Positions 18,873 through 30,536 of a stretch of DNA of 64,000 nt are shown one piece after another. Numbering within the stretch: position 1 is the first letter of the stretch; the number at the start of each line of letters is the position of its first letter. Origin of the DNA: Myxococcota bacterium (GTDB taxonomy: Bacteria; Myxococcota_A; SURF-8; G963663525); the NCBI GenBank assembly GCA_963676915.2, contig CAXXVK010000074.1, positions 24,270 to 88,269 on the forward strand, given 5' to 3'. Position numbers and translations under genes: made by a program. The notes under the pieces are model-generated. The model saw only the letters and a list, made by a program, of their open reading frames with translations, was not told the DNA's origin and did no database searches.

Positions 18873-20819
18873 TTATTTCTGGTTTTGTAGAAGTTGTTTC
18901 ACGGAAGGAAACAGCGTGTCATCGGTGTGAGGCAGGAACATCCCCGCCATATATTCATCCATGAACCGGCTATCCGCTCCCAAGTCGATATACGTCATTT
19001 GCGCGGCGATGGCGTCGCCTTCGGCCATGCCTTTTCCACATTGCAAGGCAAGACGCGCACCCATTAGAGAGCCGTTGCCGATGAAGGTAAAGCGCTCGAT
19101 CGGCAGATCCGGCAACAGGCCGATAATCACCGCTCGCTCGACATCCAGGCTTTGTCCGAAGGAACCGGCAATGATGACCTGCTCCAGCATGGAAGGTTCC
19201 ATACCAGCGTCGGTCAACAGCGTGCGAATTCCGGAGTAAACCGCCGATTTGGCACGCATTAGGTTATCGAGGTCCACTTCGGTCAGGGTAATATCCTGGT
19301 CGATGTCAGAGTCTTCGGCCCAGACCAGAACGTATTCCATGCCCTCGTCGCCTTCGCGCAGACGTGGGATATTCAGGTCGCTGGAGTACTTTCCGTTGGG
19401 CTGCAACACTCCTGCCAGGAATAAACCTGCTACGACGTTGATCAGGCCCGAGCCGCAGATACCTTTTGCCGGTTTCTGGCCGATGGTCAGGATCATCGGT
19501 TCGGCATCCGCGCCGTTGAGGTGGAAATCCTCGATGGCTCCGTCCATGGCCCGCATTCCGTGGCGGATTTCGCCGCCTTCAAAAGCCGGACCCGCCGAGC
19601 AGGAGGCACTAAGCAAGAAATCCTGACTTCCGAGGACGATCTCGCCGTTCGTACCCAGGTCGATGAACAGCGTCAGTTTTTCTTGTTTGGAGAAGCCGGA
19701 AATCAGCGTACCGGCTACGATATCCCCACCGACCCAGGCCGAAACGGACGGAACCGTGAACAGTTCGGCATACTGTGAAGTTTTAAGACCGATCGATTGT
19801 GCCGGTACCGGCGGTGTAAAACGAGCTACCGGTGTATGGGGGGCCATCTGGATATACTTCGGTTCGAGACCCAACATGATGTGAGACATCGTGGTATTGC
19901 CTGCCGCTACGAAATACACGATATTTTCTGCCGAGATACCGCTTTTTTCGCACATTTGCTTCAAAAGCATGTTCATTGTCTCGACAACAGCGCCCTGTAC
20001 TTTGTGAATACCGGCCTTTTTACAGGCAAGGATACGGTTGATGACATCCGCTCCGAAGCGAGATTGTGCGTTGTAGTCGGCGGCGTCTGCGAGAACTTTT
20101 CCGCTACGAAGGTCAATCAAGCTGGCCCATACGGAGGTTGTTCCGATGTCGTAGGCCACGGCGTACAAGTTGTCCGAGGTGTCGCCCGCTTCCAGACGGA
20201 TCACTGTGGGAATGCAGGCACCGAAAAGGTTGTTTTCGGTCTGCGGGATTCGGATCGTCGCCGTGACTTCTCCGCCTTTTTCCCGAAGAATTTCAGGGAT
20301 TCCTTTCAGTACCTCGTATTCGATACCGACTTTTTCGTAAGGAGTCGCCGCACGTAAAGCCGCCAGCAAACGGTCCAGGTCGGGAGAATTGACATCCATC
20401 GTCGGTTCAGGCACCACGACGCGTACTTTGTCGATCACCGGTCGGACGCCGCATTCCTCGATTACGGCCTCAATATCGATGCCGGTGAGTTTCGAACGGC
20501 TGGTTCCTTTGGAACGTGTCGGAAGGGTTCCCGTGACGCGGGTGGCTTCCGGTACCGTGACCGTCAGATCGCCGGTGACGTTGGTGCAGCAGGCGAGATA
20601 GGTGTCCGGTGGAAGTTCGCCCGGATTTTTTCTCGGTGGAATTTTTTCGTAACTTCCATCGAGTTTGACCCGGCATTTGCCGCAGACACGTGCGCCGCCG
20701 CAGTTGGCGTCGATATGAATGTCATTGGCCATGGCGAGCTTCAAAAGATTTTCGCCCTCGGCAACTTCAACCTTGATGTCGTCCGGCAGAAAATGAACTT
20801 GGCAGCGTTTGGGTTCCAT
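18873..20819 (-). CDS. Reductive activator of corrinoid proteins (RACo/AcsV, ASKHA ATPase with N-terminal 2Fe-2S)
   Basis: CGGARVCGKC..LACC ferredoxin; DIGTTSV, FGADVINRI, AGNTTM, DLGTNGE, AGPAFEG, GICGSG. Confidence 0.92.
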   Translation of the reverse strand: MEPKRCQVHFLPDDIKVEVAEGENLLKLAMANDIHIDANCGGARVCGKCRVKLDGSYEKIPPRKNPGELPPDTYLACCTNVTGDLTVTVPEATRVTGTLPTRSKGTSRSKLTGIDIEAVIEECGVRPVIDKVRVVVPEPTMDVNSPDLDRLLAALRAATPYEKVGIEYEVLKGIPEILREKGGEVTATIRIPQTENNLFGACIPTVIRLEAGDTSDNLYAVAYDIGTTSVWASLIDLRSGKVLADAADYNAQSRFGADVINRILACKKAGIHKVQGAVVETMNMLLKQMCEKSGISAENIVYFVAAGNTTMSHIMLGLEPKYIQMAPHTPVARFTPPVPAQSIGLKTSQYAELFTVPSVSAWVGGDIVAGTLISGFSKQEKLTLFIDLGTNGEIVLGSQDFLLSASCSAGPAFEGGEIRHGMRAMDGAIEDFHLNGADAEPMILTIGQKPAKGICGSGLINVVAGLFLAGVLQPNGKYSSDLNIPRLREGDEGMEYVLVWAEDSDIDQDITLTEVDLDNLMRAKSAVYSGIRTLLTDAGMEPSMLEQVIIAGSFGQSLDVERAVIIGLLPDLPIERFTFIGNGSLMGARLALQCGKGMAEGDAIAAQMTYIDLGADSRFMDEYMAGMFLPHTDDTLFPSVKQLLQNQK

Positions 20820-20914
20820 AAGGGTATCTCCACGGTCAGAATTCATAAGAAGTATGGGGTCTCAATCGGTCAAGGTCAATAGCCGAATCTGCGGAATTCG
20901 GATTGTTTTGGCCC

Positions 20915-20948
20915 AAAAAAACCGGGCTCGTTACGTTAGAGCCCGGTT
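20915..20948 (-). terminator. Intrinsic terminator after folD
   Basis: Minus strand AACCGGGCTC...GAGCCCGGTT followed by a T run. Confidence 0.75.
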
Positions 20949-20969
20949 CGAAACGAAACGTTTCACATT

Positions 20970-21863
20970 TTAGCCCTCAAGAGCGAATTTGGCGGATTTG
21001 AGGGTGTTTTTCATCAGCATGGTGATGGTCATGGGGCCGACGCCACCCGGAACCGGAGTGATTTTGCCGGCGATTTCCTTGGCCTTGTCGAAATCTACGT
21101 CCCCGCGCAGGATGGCTTTGCCGGTTTTTTCGCTGACGCCGACACGGTTGACTCCTACGTCGATGACGGTCGCGCCAGGCTTGATCCATTCGGGCTTGAC
21201 GAGGTTCGGTACGCCAGCCGCGACGACGAGGATGTCGGCACGCTTGCAATGGCCTGCAAGGTCTTTCGTACGGGTGTGCACGATGGTCACGGTACTGTTG
21301 GCACCAACGCCTTTTTGCGCCATCATGATCGCGATGGGCTTGCCGACGATGTTCGACCGACCGACTACGACCGTTTCCGCACCGGAAGTTTCCGTGCCGG
21401 AACGGACGATCATTTCCTGGATGCCTGCTGGCGTGCAGGGCGCGAATTTCACTTCATTGCCGCCGATCATCAGGCGACCGACGTTGACCGGATGGAAGCC
21501 GTCCACGTCCTTGTCGGGATCGATGGCGTTGAGCACTTTTTTCTCGTCGATATGCTTGGGCAGCGGCAATTGCACGAGAATGCCGTGGATTTTCGCATCG
21601 TTGTTGTATTTGTCGATCAGCGCCAGCAGATCTTCTTCGGAAATATCCACCGGTTGGGTGTCCTGAACTTCATGAAATCCCACCTGGTGGGCGGTTTTGA
21701 TTTTCAGGCTGACGTAACTTTGGGAGGCGGGATTCTCGCCCACGAGAATGGTCACCAGTCCGGGGACAGTCCCGTGTTTTTCCTTCATTTCCTTCACTTC
21801 CTGGGTAATTTCTTCCAGGATGACTTTTCGAATCTCGGTACCCGAAATGATTTCAGCGGACAT
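20970..21863 (-). CDS. folD: Methylene-THF dehydrogenase/cyclohydrolase
   Basis: ILVQLPLP, KDVDGFHP, PCTPAGI, GRSNIVGKP, ITPVPGGVGPMT. Confidence 0.97.
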   Translation of the reverse strand: MSAEIISGTEIRKVILEEITQEVKEMKEKHGTVPGLVTILVGENPASQSYVSLKIKTAHQVGFHEVQDTQPVDISEEDLLALIDKYNNDAKIHGILVQLPLPKHIDEKKVLNAIDPDKDVDGFHPVNVGRLMIGGNEVKFAPCTPAGIQEMIVRSGTETSGAETVVVGRSNIVGKPIAIMMAQKGVGANSTVTIVHTRTKDLAGHCKRADILVVAAGVPNLVKPEWIKPGATVIDVGVNRVGVSEKTGKAILRGDVDFDKAKEIAGKITPVPGGVGPMTITMLMKNTLKSAKFALEG

Positions 21864-21970
21864 GCTTTTCACCTCGTTTGTAAGGGTGCTCAAAACACCC
21901 GAGTGATTTATCGTTCCGAACACGAATCAGGGGCGCTGGTGCGCCCCTGGAAGAATCTAAAAGCAAGGAC

Positions 21971-23743
21971 TTAGAACAGACCCTTGACTTTACCGGTTTC
22001 CGTATCGACATCCACACGGCGATAGGCCGGGTTGGAGCCGGTTCCCGGCATCAGGCTGATAGCACCTGCGACCGGCACGACGAATCCGGCACCATTGTAG
22101 GTCAGAACGTCGCGGACGAACAGTTTCCAGCCCTTTGGTACACCCTTGAGGGCGGGGTTATCCGAGAGGGACAGGTGAGTTTTTACCATGCACATGCCGA
22201 GTTTGGCGACTTCGGGATCGGCCTGGTATTTCTCCAGTTTGGTCTTGGCTTCGGCAGAGAATTCCACTCCGTCCGCACCGTAGACTTCCCCGGCGATTTT
22301 CTCGATGCGGTCTGCCAGCGGCAGATCCAGATCGTACAGGAAGTGGAAGTCGTTTTCTTCTTCGCAGGCGTCGATGACGGCATCGGCGAATTCCAAAGCA
22401 CCTTCGCCACCCTTTTCCCAGTGACGGGACAGCGCCACGCGAGCACCGGCGGCTTCGGCCATTTCGCGGACCTTGGCGATTTCGTTGTCGGTATCCGTGT
22501 AGAAAGCGTTGATGCAGACGACCGGGTTGATACCGGCTTTTTTGACGTTATTGATGTGGTGGGTAAGGTTTTCGCAGCCTTTTTCGACCCAACCGACATT
22601 CTCTCCGCTGTATTCTTCGGGCATCGGCTTGCCGGGCACCGGGATCGGGGCTCCACCGTGGCACTTCAGGGCGCGGATGGTAGCGACGACGACCGCAGCG
22701 TTGGGCTTGAGGCCGGAGAAGCGGCATTTCAGGTTCCAGAATTTCTCGAAGCCGATGTCCGCACCGAAGCCGGATTCGGTGACGTGGTAGTCGCCGAGCT
22801 TCAGGCCGACCTGGTCGGCGATAATCGAGCTTTGGCCGATGGCGATGTTCGCGAACGGTCCGGCGTGGACGAACACGGGCTGGCCTTCGAGGGTTTGCAT
22901 CAGGTTCGGGTTGAGGGCTTCGGCCATCCAGGCGGTCATGGCACCGGCGACTTCCAGATCCTCGGTGGTGACAGCGTTGCCGCGCTTGTCGTAACCGACG
23001 ACGATTTTACCCATGCGCTCGCGCATGTCGGCCAGACTCGTCGAAACGGCCAGAATCGCCATGACTTCGGAACTGACGGCGATACCGAACTTGGAACGCA
23101 TCATAAAGCCGTCGGCTTTGCCGTTGACGCCATCGATACCGATGATGATGTTACGCAGCGATTGGGCGCAGAAGTCGATGATCCAGCCCATTTCGATTTT
23201 GGTGGGATCGAGGTCCAGGCGGCGCATGTGGGACAAGCGGGCAAGTTGCTCGTCATTATAGTTGCGCTCGTGCTGCATACGGGAGGTCAGAGCGACCATT
23301 GCCAGGTTGTGGGCGTTCATAATGGCGTTGATGTCGCCCGTCAAGCCCAGGGAGAACGGAGTCAGCGGAATGCATTGGGCGAGTCCGCCACCGGCCGCCG
23401 AACCTTTGATGTTCATGGTCGGTCCGCCGGAAGGCTGACGAATCGCGGCGGTCACGTTGACGTTGCGCTTGCCGAGACCTTGGACAAGACCCATCGACGA
23501 GGTGGATTTGCCTTCTCCCAGCGGGGTGGGGGTAATGGCGGTCACGTCGATGTATTTGGCCTGTGGTTTGTCTTTCAGGCGGTTGAGCACGGCTCGGAAA
23601 TCCACCTTGGCAACGTAGTGTCCGTGAGGAAGAAGCTCTTCCTTGGTCAAACCGAGTTGTTCACCCAGTTCGTACACGGTTTTCATACGGCTCTCTGCCT
23701 CTTCAGCGATTTCCCAGTCTGCATGTTTCGTCGGGTCTAGCAT
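21971..23743 (-). CDS. fhs: Formate-tetrahydrofolate ligase
   Basis: [46 protein letters not shown]; RBS AAGGAGG before ATG 23743. Confidence 0.97.
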   Translation of the reverse strand: MLDPTKHADWEIAEEAESRMKTVYELGEQLGLTKEELLPHGHYVAKVDFRAVLNRLKDKPQAKYIDVTAITPTPLGEGKSTSSMGLVQGLGKRNVNVTAAIRQPSGGPTMNIKGSAAGGGLAQCIPLTPFSLGLTGDINAIMNAHNLAMVALTSRMQHERNYNDEQLARLSHMRRLDLDPTKIEMGWIIDFCAQSLRNIIIGIDGVNGKADGFMMRSKFGIAVSSEVMAILAVSTSLADMRERMGKIVVGYDKRGNAVTTEDLEVAGAMTAWMAEALNPNLMQTLEGQPVFVHAGPFANIAIGQSSIIADQVGLKLGDYHVTESGFGADIGFEKFWNLKCRFSGLKPNAAVVVATIRALKCHGGAPIPVPGKPMPEEYSGENVGWVEKGCENLTHHINNVKKAGINPVVCINAFYTDTDNEIAKVREMAEAAGARVALSRHWEKGGEGALEFADAVIDACEEENDFHFLYDLDLPLADRIEKIAGEVYGADGVEFSAEAKTKLEKYQADPEVAKLGMCMVKTHLSLSDNPALKGVPKGWKLFVRDVLTYNGAGFVVPVAGAISLMPGTGSNPAYRRVDVDTETGKVKGLF

Positions 23744-24103
23744 CAGATTTCCTCCTTGACGTTTTACCGGGCACACGCCGGCATTTGAAGACACGAATTC
23801 TCCTTCACCTCAACCGAAAACGGAAAGGCTAAACGAAATTGGACTAAATGTTCCAAATCCGTGAAAACTTGGATCAAAGCTTTCTCTACCAATCAAGAAT
23901 GCACCGTACACCGTAAACAAAACGCAGTAAAAATGTATACCAAAACAGAGAAACTGTGAAAACAATTCTTTCTTTTTTTGCAAATTGGTTTAAAAGACCT
24001 CACAAATGGACATCGCTCGGACATTTTTTTCAGACAAAAAACAGCCGTCGTCCGAAACTCCGGCTTTGAAATAGAGCAGCATTGTATTTTGTGGTTTCGA
24101 GAA

Positions 24104-24607
24104 TCAGACGAAACGAAGACTTCGTAAGAATCCCGGTGTGGTGCGGAAACGGAAATGCGTTACCGAGCGGGAAACGAGTTTTCCGTGATCCATTTCGGTG
24201 ATGGTTCCGAAACAAGTGGTGTGGGAAACGGCAAGATTCCAGGGCTTGATATTAACCTTTTCCCCGATGAAGTGGTAGGGTTTGCCGTCAACGCTGAATT
24301 GAAAATCGTAAATGATTTTGTGGGAACGGAAGTAATCGAGGGTTAATGTTCCCTGACAATGACAGTCGCGGCATAGTCCACCGGCTGTCAGTTTTCCCAC
24401 GAGAGGTTGGGATAAAAACGTTCCTGAGTTGGGATTGCCCCACTGGAGAATATCGTCCGGTCCCCAGGTTACTTGGAATTCGAAGGGATGTTCTCCTTCA
24501 GAACCGAAACCCGGTTCGAAAACGTGGCTTCCGCTCATGGTTTCATCGATGGCGAAACCTATTTGCATCTCTTTGAATTTATTGATGAAATCTTCGAGCA
24601 TAGCCAT
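24104..24607 (-). CDS. Hypothetical protein
   Basis: 167-codon ORF from ATG 24607 with RBS AAGGAG, immediately downstream of the CBS gene. Confidence 0.7.
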   Translation of the reverse strand: MAMLEDFINKFKEMQIGFAIDETMSGSHVFEPGFGSEGEHPFEFQVTWGPDDILQWGNPNSGTFLSQPLVGKLTAGGLCRDCHCQGTLTLDYFRSHKIIYDFQFSVDGKPYHFIGEKVNIKPWNLAVSHTTCFGTITEMDHGKLVSRSVTHFRFRTTPGFLRSLRFV

Positions 24608-24630
24608 GTTCGGACTCCTTGGAAGGAACG

Positions 24631-25047
24631 TTATTTCGGCTCTTGACAAACGATCCGGCGCAGGATGTCTTTCCAGGTGACGATTCCGGCTACTGCGCCG
24701 CTTTTGTCGAGAATGGGCAGGCAGGAAATACCGAAACGGACGAGCTTGTCGGCAGCCTCGCAAACCTGCGTTTCCGGTCGGGCCGTAATGAGTTTTCTCG
24801 TCATGATCTGATGCGCTCGTCGTTCCAGCGTTTTCGTATCTCGTTTTTTCTCTGCCAGCGTATCCAAAAACGGGCTGATGGCCTTGAATAGATCGCGGTC
24901 CGAAATAACGCCGACCGGACGATCGTCGTCGTCCAGCACCAACAGATGGCGGAAACGAGCTTGGGTGAATATGCCGCGAATGGTGTCGAGCGTGTCATCC
25001 AATTCCACCGTAACCACACGGGTCGTCATGATGTCCGCGAGTTTCAT
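24631..25047 (-). CDS. CBS domain pair protein
   Basis: DIMTTRVVTV, RHLLVLD..VGVISDRDL, IMTRK, SCLPILD..GIVTWKDIL. Confidence 0.9.
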   Translation of the reverse strand: MKLADIMTTRVVTVELDDTLDTIRGIFTQARFRHLLVLDDDDRPVGVISDRDLFKAISPFLDTLAEKKRDTKTLERRAHQIMTRKLITARPETQVCEAADKLVRFGISCLPILDKSGAVAGIVTWKDILRRIVCQEPK

Positions 25048-25108
25048 GGGCGTTTTCCGGTTTTCGAAACGATAACGGTATGTTCGAACTCACCGAATCC
25101 GGTAGAGA

Positions 25109-26179
25109 TCAGTTCTCCGAACCCGCTTTCAGTGCTTCCGCCTGAAAATAGGTTCTCAAAGAAGTAATGACATCTTCTAGATTTCCTTCGATGATTTCAT
25201 CCAACTTATAGAGTGTAAGCCCGATTCGATGATCCGTCAAACGTCCTTGTGGAAAATTGTAGGTGCGTACGCGCTCGGAGCGGTCGCCGGTACCGACCTG
25301 GGCTTTTCGGTTGTCGGCTTGTTCTTGCTGGACCTTTTGTTGTTCGATTTCGAGGAGCTTGGCCCGAAGGATTTTCATCGCCTTGGACTTGTTCTTGATT
25401 TGCGAACGTTCGTCCTGGCAGGTGACGACGAGGTTGGTAGGCAAGTGGGTGATACGAACCGCCGAATCGCTGGTGTTGACGTGCTGGCCGCCAGCGCCGG
25501 AGGAACGGTAGACATCGATGCGCAGGTCTTCGTCACGGACCTCGATGTCGGCGTCTTCCGCTTCCGGGAGAACGGCGACGGTCGAAGCCGAGGTGTGAAT
25601 CCGTCCTTGGGATTCGGTGACCGGTACCCGCTGAACGCGATGCACGCCCGATTCATATTTCAGGTGGGAATAGACATCCTTGCCCGAAATCGTCGCGACG
25701 ATTTCTTTATAACCGCCGATTTCGTTGGGACTGGAGGAAAGCGTTTCCACTTTCCAGCGTTTCGTTTCTGCAAAGCGGCTGTACATACGAAACAAATCGC
25801 CCGCAAACAACGCCGCTTCGTTGCCACCGGTTCCCGCACGGATTTCGAGCAGGATGTTTTTACCGTCGTTGGGATCTTTCGGTAACAACAACTGTTTGAG
25901 TTTTTTTTCGGTGGCGGAAAGTTCTTTATGCAACTCGGCCAATTCTTCTTTGGCCAGCATTCGCATATCTTCGTCATCGTCTTCCATCAGAAGCGTGGCG
26001 TCTTTGGCTTTTTGGTCCAATTCTTTATAAAAACGCCAGGTTTCCACCAGTTCTTCCAGGTCGCTTCTCTCTTTGTTGATGACCCGAAACGCGTCGGGAT
26101 TGACGGCAATGTCGGGTTCTCCGAGTTTTTGCGTCAATTCTTCGAAACGCTCTTCGATTTCCTGTAGTTTGTCGAACAT
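25109..26179 (-). CDS. prfA: Peptide chain release factor 1
   Basis: [21 protein letters not shown] (PxT), GAGGQHVN (GGQ), RTYNFPQGR. Confidence 0.98.
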   Translation of the reverse strand: MFDKLQEIEERFEELTQKLGEPDIAVNPDAFRVINKERSDLEELVETWRFYKELDQKAKDATLLMEDDDEDMRMLAKEELAELHKELSATEKKLKQLLLPKDPNDGKNILLEIRAGTGGNEAALFAGDLFRMYSRFAETKRWKVETLSSSPNEIGGYKEIVATISGKDVYSHLKYESGVHRVQRVPVTESQGRIHTSASTVAVLPEAEDADIEVRDEDLRIDVYRSSGAGGQHVNTSDSAVRITHLPTNLVVTCQDERSQIKNKSKAMKILRAKLLEIEQQKVQQEQADNRKAQVGTGDRSERVRTYNFPQGRLTDHRIGLTLYKLDEIIEGNLEDVITSLRTYFQAEALKAGSEN

Positions 26180-26208
26180 GATGGATTTGGTCCTCGTACC
26201 CCGATGAA

Positions 26209-27264
26209 CTAAAAGCCGACTTCCGCCAAGCTGCTGTAGACTTCGATTTTGCCTTTTCCGTCGTTCAAATCATCGAGGCCAACCGTTTCCCGCCAGAGAG
26301 CTTTTTTTAGCGCGACCAAAGCGATTTCAAGCTGTTCGTCGTCGGGTTCCTGAGTTGTGATTTTCTGCATCCACAGACCCGGTTTCGTGGCAATGCGGAT
26401 CAACCAGTGATCCATATGCCGGGAGGACCAGCGTTGAAATTCGTAGGCCAGGCCGGCAATCGGTAGCATCAATGGAAGTTTTATCGCAACCTGTATCAGT
26501 GCATTGACAAACCAGTGCGGATGGAACCGAGGAAGAAACGGGAAAACGATCATGAAAATGAAAATCGAACTCAACAGAACGATCAGTATGAAACTTGTTC
26601 CGCAACGAGGATGCAAGGTCGTGTATTTTCTTGCATTTTCGACGGTAAGTTCTTCGTCGTTTTCATAGGCGTAGATCGATTTGTGCTCGGCGCCGTGGTA
26701 TTGGAAAATCCGCTTCATGTCCGGAAGACGAGCCACCAGCAGAATGTATCCGATGAAAAGCGCCAGTTTGATCGCGCCGTCCAGAACGTGGAACAACATC
26801 TGATCGGTCTGCAAACCGGTGAAGGTCGTCAACAGATGCGGCAATCCTTTGAATAAGGCGAATCCCAAGCCAAGAGACAATACAATAGTACCGTACAGCG
26901 CCCAGCGCGACACAGCACCGTCCTTGTCGTCGAGGTTATCGGGATCGAGCGGCACGGAAGCTTCGACGTTTTCCTCCTCACCGTTCTCTTCCCGTTGGAT
27001 GCGCTCTTCCTCGTCGAGCATGGCGTGGTGTGCCGAGAAATACAGCGCTTGAATGCCGTTGACGAGGGCTTCGATCAGCACAATCGAACCTCTAAGGAAC
27101 GGAAGACGCAGGAATTTCAAGCGACTCCAGATGGATTCCCAAGGACGTTCGGTGACGACGATCTCGCCCGAGGCACGGCGGATAGCAATAGCCAAGGAGT
27201 GCGGCGAACGCATCATGATGCCTTCGATGATCGCCTGTCCCCCGACGTTGTGTTGTGACTTCAT
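26209..27264 (-). CDS. DUF1385 family membrane protein
   Basis: [38 protein letters not shown]; rpmE-prfA context. Confidence 0.9.
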   Translation of the reverse strand: MKSQHNVGGQAIIEGIMMRSPHSLAIAIRRASGEIVVTERPWESIWSRLKFLRLPFLRGSIVLIEALVNGIQALYFSAHHAMLDEEERIQREENGEEENVEASVPLDPDNLDDKDGAVSRWALYGTIVLSLGLGFALFKGLPHLLTTFTGLQTDQMLFHVLDGAIKLALFIGYILLVARLPDMKRIFQYHGAEHKSIYAYENDEELTVENARKYTTLHPRCGTSFILIVLLSSIFIFMIVFPFLPRFHPHWFVNALIQVAIKLPLMLPIAGLAYEFQRWSSRHMDHWLIRIATKPGLWMQKITTQEPDDEQLEIALVALKKALWRETVGLDDLNDGKGKIEVYSSLAEVGF

Positions 27265-27497
27265 TTTTTCTTTTTGCCCGTGAAGCGATCTTCGAGCGAG
27301 GTTCCGCCGAAGCGCTTGTTGAAGCGGTCAACGCGACCTTCACTATCGATCAGTTTCTGCTTGCCAGTAAAGAAGGGGTGGCAGGCGGAACAGATGTCGA
27401 TCGTATAATCGCCTGCGGTGCTTTTGGTTTCGTAGGAAGCGCCACAGGCACAGCTGATCGTCGCTTTGGTGTATTGCGGGTGAATTCCTTGTTTCAT
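27261..27497 (-). CDS. rpmE: 50S ribosomal protein L31 (Zn-binding type)
   Basis: [38 protein letters not shown]. Confidence 0.98.
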   Translation of the reverse strand: MKQGIHPQYTKATISCACGASYETKSTAGDYTIDICSACHPFFTGKQKLIDSEGRVDRFNKRFGGTSLEDRFTGKKKK

Positions 27498-27829
27498 CTT
27501 TCATCTCCCTGTAGGATACTCGGCGTGTACGAGTACCAAGTTAAAAAGCGCTACTAATCTAACGATCCACGAACGAATAGCAAGGAAAAAACGAAAAACC
27601 TTGAAAATTCGGTACTTCGCAGCGCCGTGCATACTTAGAAAGTGATGATTCTCTTCCGATGGTCAAGCTACATTTTTCAACGAAAGATTCGTTTTTTATA
27701 AATACTGGAAACTCAATAGACTTTATGGAATAAATCGGTACACCGTCAAAGGCGTTTCATCATTATGAAAAAATGCGAACCGCTTTGGAAAAATGTAGGT
27801 ACTGAATTTGAAAAATCGAAGGAAAAACC

Positions 27830-28705
27830 ATGGCCGAGGAAAAACGTAAAATTACATCTTTGGGAACGATCAAAACCTTTTTGTCTGTCGGAGCATGCTC
27901 CGAGGCGTTGATGAATGTGATCAATCGGGCTTATGGATTTCCTATGGTGCCGGAGGAGCATGCCTCGTCCATTTTCGCCGGGGGAATCCTGCAACACGGG
28001 TATCAATGCGGAATGCTTTGGGGCGCGGCGTTGGCGGCGGGTGCGGAAGCGCATCGCCGATATGGGACAGGGTCGCAGGCCGAAAACGTTTCCATTTCCG
28101 CTGCACGAAAATTGGTAGAAGCTTTTCAGCCTCGTAATAATACCATCGATTGTGCAGAGATAACGAACACGGAATGGAGTTCGAAATGGCAAATGTTCCT
28201 ATATATGATCAAAGGTGGTCCCATCGGTTGTTTTCGTATGGCAGCATGGTATGCTGGAACGTCATCTACTGAATTGACCGAGGAGTTTTCGAAGGATTCG
28301 CAAGAAAACGTTGAAGAACCGGTCAGTTGTTCGGCTTTGTTGGCTCGAAAAGCGGGGGCGTTCGAACTACGCTCGACGATGCTATCCGGCTTTGCCGGGG
28401 GAATCGGTCTGAGTGGCGGAGCTTGTGGTGCTTTGGGTGCGGCATTGTGGCTGTTGGCGCTCAAGCATATCGAGCAACTTGGCGATGTTGAGGATGCCGG
28501 GAAAAACCTGTGGGATTCCAAAGAGTTTCAGGCTAAGGCCGAGGAAGTGATCGAAGATTTTCTAAAGCGCTCCGATTATGAATTCACCTGTTCCAAGATT
28601 GTCGGAAAAACCTTTGAAAACGTTTCCGACCATAACCGCCATCTTTGTGACGGCGGATGTAAGGAAATCATCGACGGGTTAGTCCAAAGCATTGAAAATT
28701 CATAA
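27830..28705 (+). CDS. Tandem C-GCAxxG-C-C family (putative redox/metal-binding) protein
   Basis: Two copies of C..FAGGI....CGxLxxA..C..C. Confidence 0.8.
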   Translation: MAEEKRKITSLGTIKTFLSVGACSEALMNVINRAYGFPMVPEEHASSIFAGGILQHGYQCGMLWGAALAAGAEAHRRYGTGSQAENVSISAARKLVEAFQPRNNTIDCAEITNTEWSSKWQMFLYMIKGGPIGCFRMAAWYAGTSSTELTEEFSKDSQENVEEPVSCSALLARKAGAFELRSTMLSGFAGGIGLSGGACGALGAALWLLALKHIEQLGDVEDAGKNLWDSKEFQAKAEEVIEDFLKRSDYEFTCSKIVGKTFENVSDHNRHLCDGGCKEIIDGLVQSIENS

Positions 28706-28747
28706 TAACGGCAAGCAATTGCCGATGAAACGAAGGAGAGTTGCAGG

Positions 28748-29702
28748 ATGCTCGGAAAAGCGAAATGGATGCTTTTCTTACTCTTTATTATTGTTTTTAC
28801 GCTGGGATGCGAACGAGGCGATGGTGCTAAGACAACGTCAGATGATGGTACCACCAAGATTGTTGCCTCTGAAAAACTGAAAATCGTTGCTACCGTCGGA
28901 ATGATCGCCGATCTTGCTCGGCAGATCGTAAGGGAACATGGCACGGTGGAATGTCTGATGGGACCGGGAACGGACCCGCATTTATACAAAGCCCGCGAAA
29001 AAGACATCCGTAAGCTGGTGAAAGCCGATGTGGTTTTCTATAATGGCTTGCATCTGGAAGGAAAACTGGGAGACGTTCTTAAAAAACTACAGCGCAAGAA
29101 AACGGTGGCGGCGGTTGCTGACGACCTACCGCCCGAGAAACTTCGTGAACCGGTAGAGGGTGGACACGATCCGCATGTCTGGTTCGATGTCGAACTATGG
29201 ATGCTTGCCGCCGGGAAAATCCGTGACGTGCTTGTTGAAAAAGATCCGGTTCATAAACAGGATTATGTTAACAATTCCAAGGTGTTATTGCAAGACATGC
29301 AAGACTTGCACGAGTGGACGGGGCGGCAGATCTCTTCGATTCCGAAATCGGGGCGCGTCTTGATTACCGCGCACGATGCATTCGGTTATTTCGGCGATGC
29401 TTATAGCATCGAAGTCATGGGTGTCCAGGGAATCAGCACCGAGGACGAGGCCGGAGTCAAGGACATCAACCACATGGTGTCGTTCATCGTGGAACGCAAG
29501 ATCAAAGCGATTTTCGTCGAGTCGAGCGTATCGCGGAAAAATGTGGAAGCTCTGATCGAAGGTTGTCGTTCGAAAGGGCACGAACTTGTCATCGGAGGCG
29601 AACTGTTCAGTGACGCGATGGGGGGCGGCGGGTTCACCGGAAGGGACGTATCTGGGAATGGTTCGGCATAATGTCCAAACGATCGTTAACGCATTGAAAT
29701 AA
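28748..29702 (+). CDS. Mn/Zn/Fe ABC transporter substrate-binding lipoprotein (TroA-like); +1 G frameshift at about 29621
   Basis: Lipobox [37 protein letters not shown]; removing one G gives [25 protein letters not shown]-stop at 29702. Confidence 0.88.
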
Positions 29703-29713
29703 CAGGAAATACA

Positions 29714-30535
29714 ATGCAATCCAAAGATACTGGCGGTCACGAAAAAGCCGTTGAAAATCGTTCGAAATCTCTCGAAAAAATCCCCCCGCTGGAAATTCAC
29801 GATATGACGGTGGCATACCATCGTAAGCCGGTGTTGTGGGATGTAGACCTGACCGTGCCCGAAAACAATCTCATTGCGGTCTTGGGTCCGAATGGAGCGG
29901 GAAAAAGTACGCTGATGAAAGCCGTGCTCGATCTCGTGCCGCGTGCCAGTGGACGAGTCGATATTTTCGGTAAACCCTACAAAGAGCAACGCTCGCTCGT
30001 CGGGTACGTTCCGCAACGTGAGTCGGTGGACTGGGACTTTCCGATCAGCGTCGAGGAAGTCGTGCTGATGGGGCGATACGGTCATGTGGGGTGGTTCCGG
30101 CGACCGGAAAAAAAAGATCGGGAGATTGCTTTGGACTGCCTGGAGAAAGTCGCCATGGCCGATTTCGCCAAACGGCAGATCAACCAGCTTTCCGGTGGAC
30201 AGCAGCAGCGGGTATTTTTAGCGCGAGCTTTGGCGCAGGATGCGAAACTGTATTTCATGGACGAGCCGTTTGCCGGCGTGGATGCCGCCACCGAACAGGC
30301 GATTTTAACCATGCTTCATGCGCTTCGGGACAGTGGGAAAACCGTAATTGTGGTGCATCATACGTTGCAGACGGTCAAAGAATATTTCGATCATTTGATC
30401 CTTTTGAACATGCGCGTGATTGCCCACGGACCGGTTTCCACGACGTTTACCGAAGAAAACCTGCAAAAGACCTACGGAGGTCGCTTGTCGGTGCTGGATC
30501 AGGCGGCGGAAGCCATGCGGCAGGCGAGGAAATGA
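29714..30535 (+). CDS. Metal ABC transporter ATP-binding protein (TroB-like)
   Basis: [46 protein letters not shown]. Confidence 0.95.
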   Translation: MQSKDTGGHEKAVENRSKSLEKIPPLEIHDMTVAYHRKPVLWDVDLTVPENNLIAVLGPNGAGKSTLMKAVLDLVPRASGRVDIFGKPYKEQRSLVGYVPQRESVDWDFPISVEEVVLMGRYGHVGWFRRPEKKDREIALDCLEKVAMADFAKRQINQLSGGQQQRVFLARALAQDAKLYFMDEPFAGVDAATEQAILTMLHALRDSGKTVIVVHHTLQTVKEYFDHLILLNMRVIAHGPVSTTFTEENLQKTYGGRLSVLDQAAEAMRQARK

Positions 30536-30536
30536 G

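Noticed and set aside
20846-20880. Sigma-32-like TTGACC-N14-CCCCAT upstream of RACo
   Set aside because: Single weak match that cannot be distinguished from a sigma-70 promoter.
22175-23740. 521-aa plus-strand ORF
   Set aside because: Antisense mirror of codon-biased fhs.
23744-24030. Possible THF or ZTP riboswitch upstream of fhs
   Set aside because: No recognisable consensus or expression platform found by eye.
25047-25109. Absence of prmC after prfA
   Set aside because: Gene order varies; prmC may be elsewhere, so this is uninformative.
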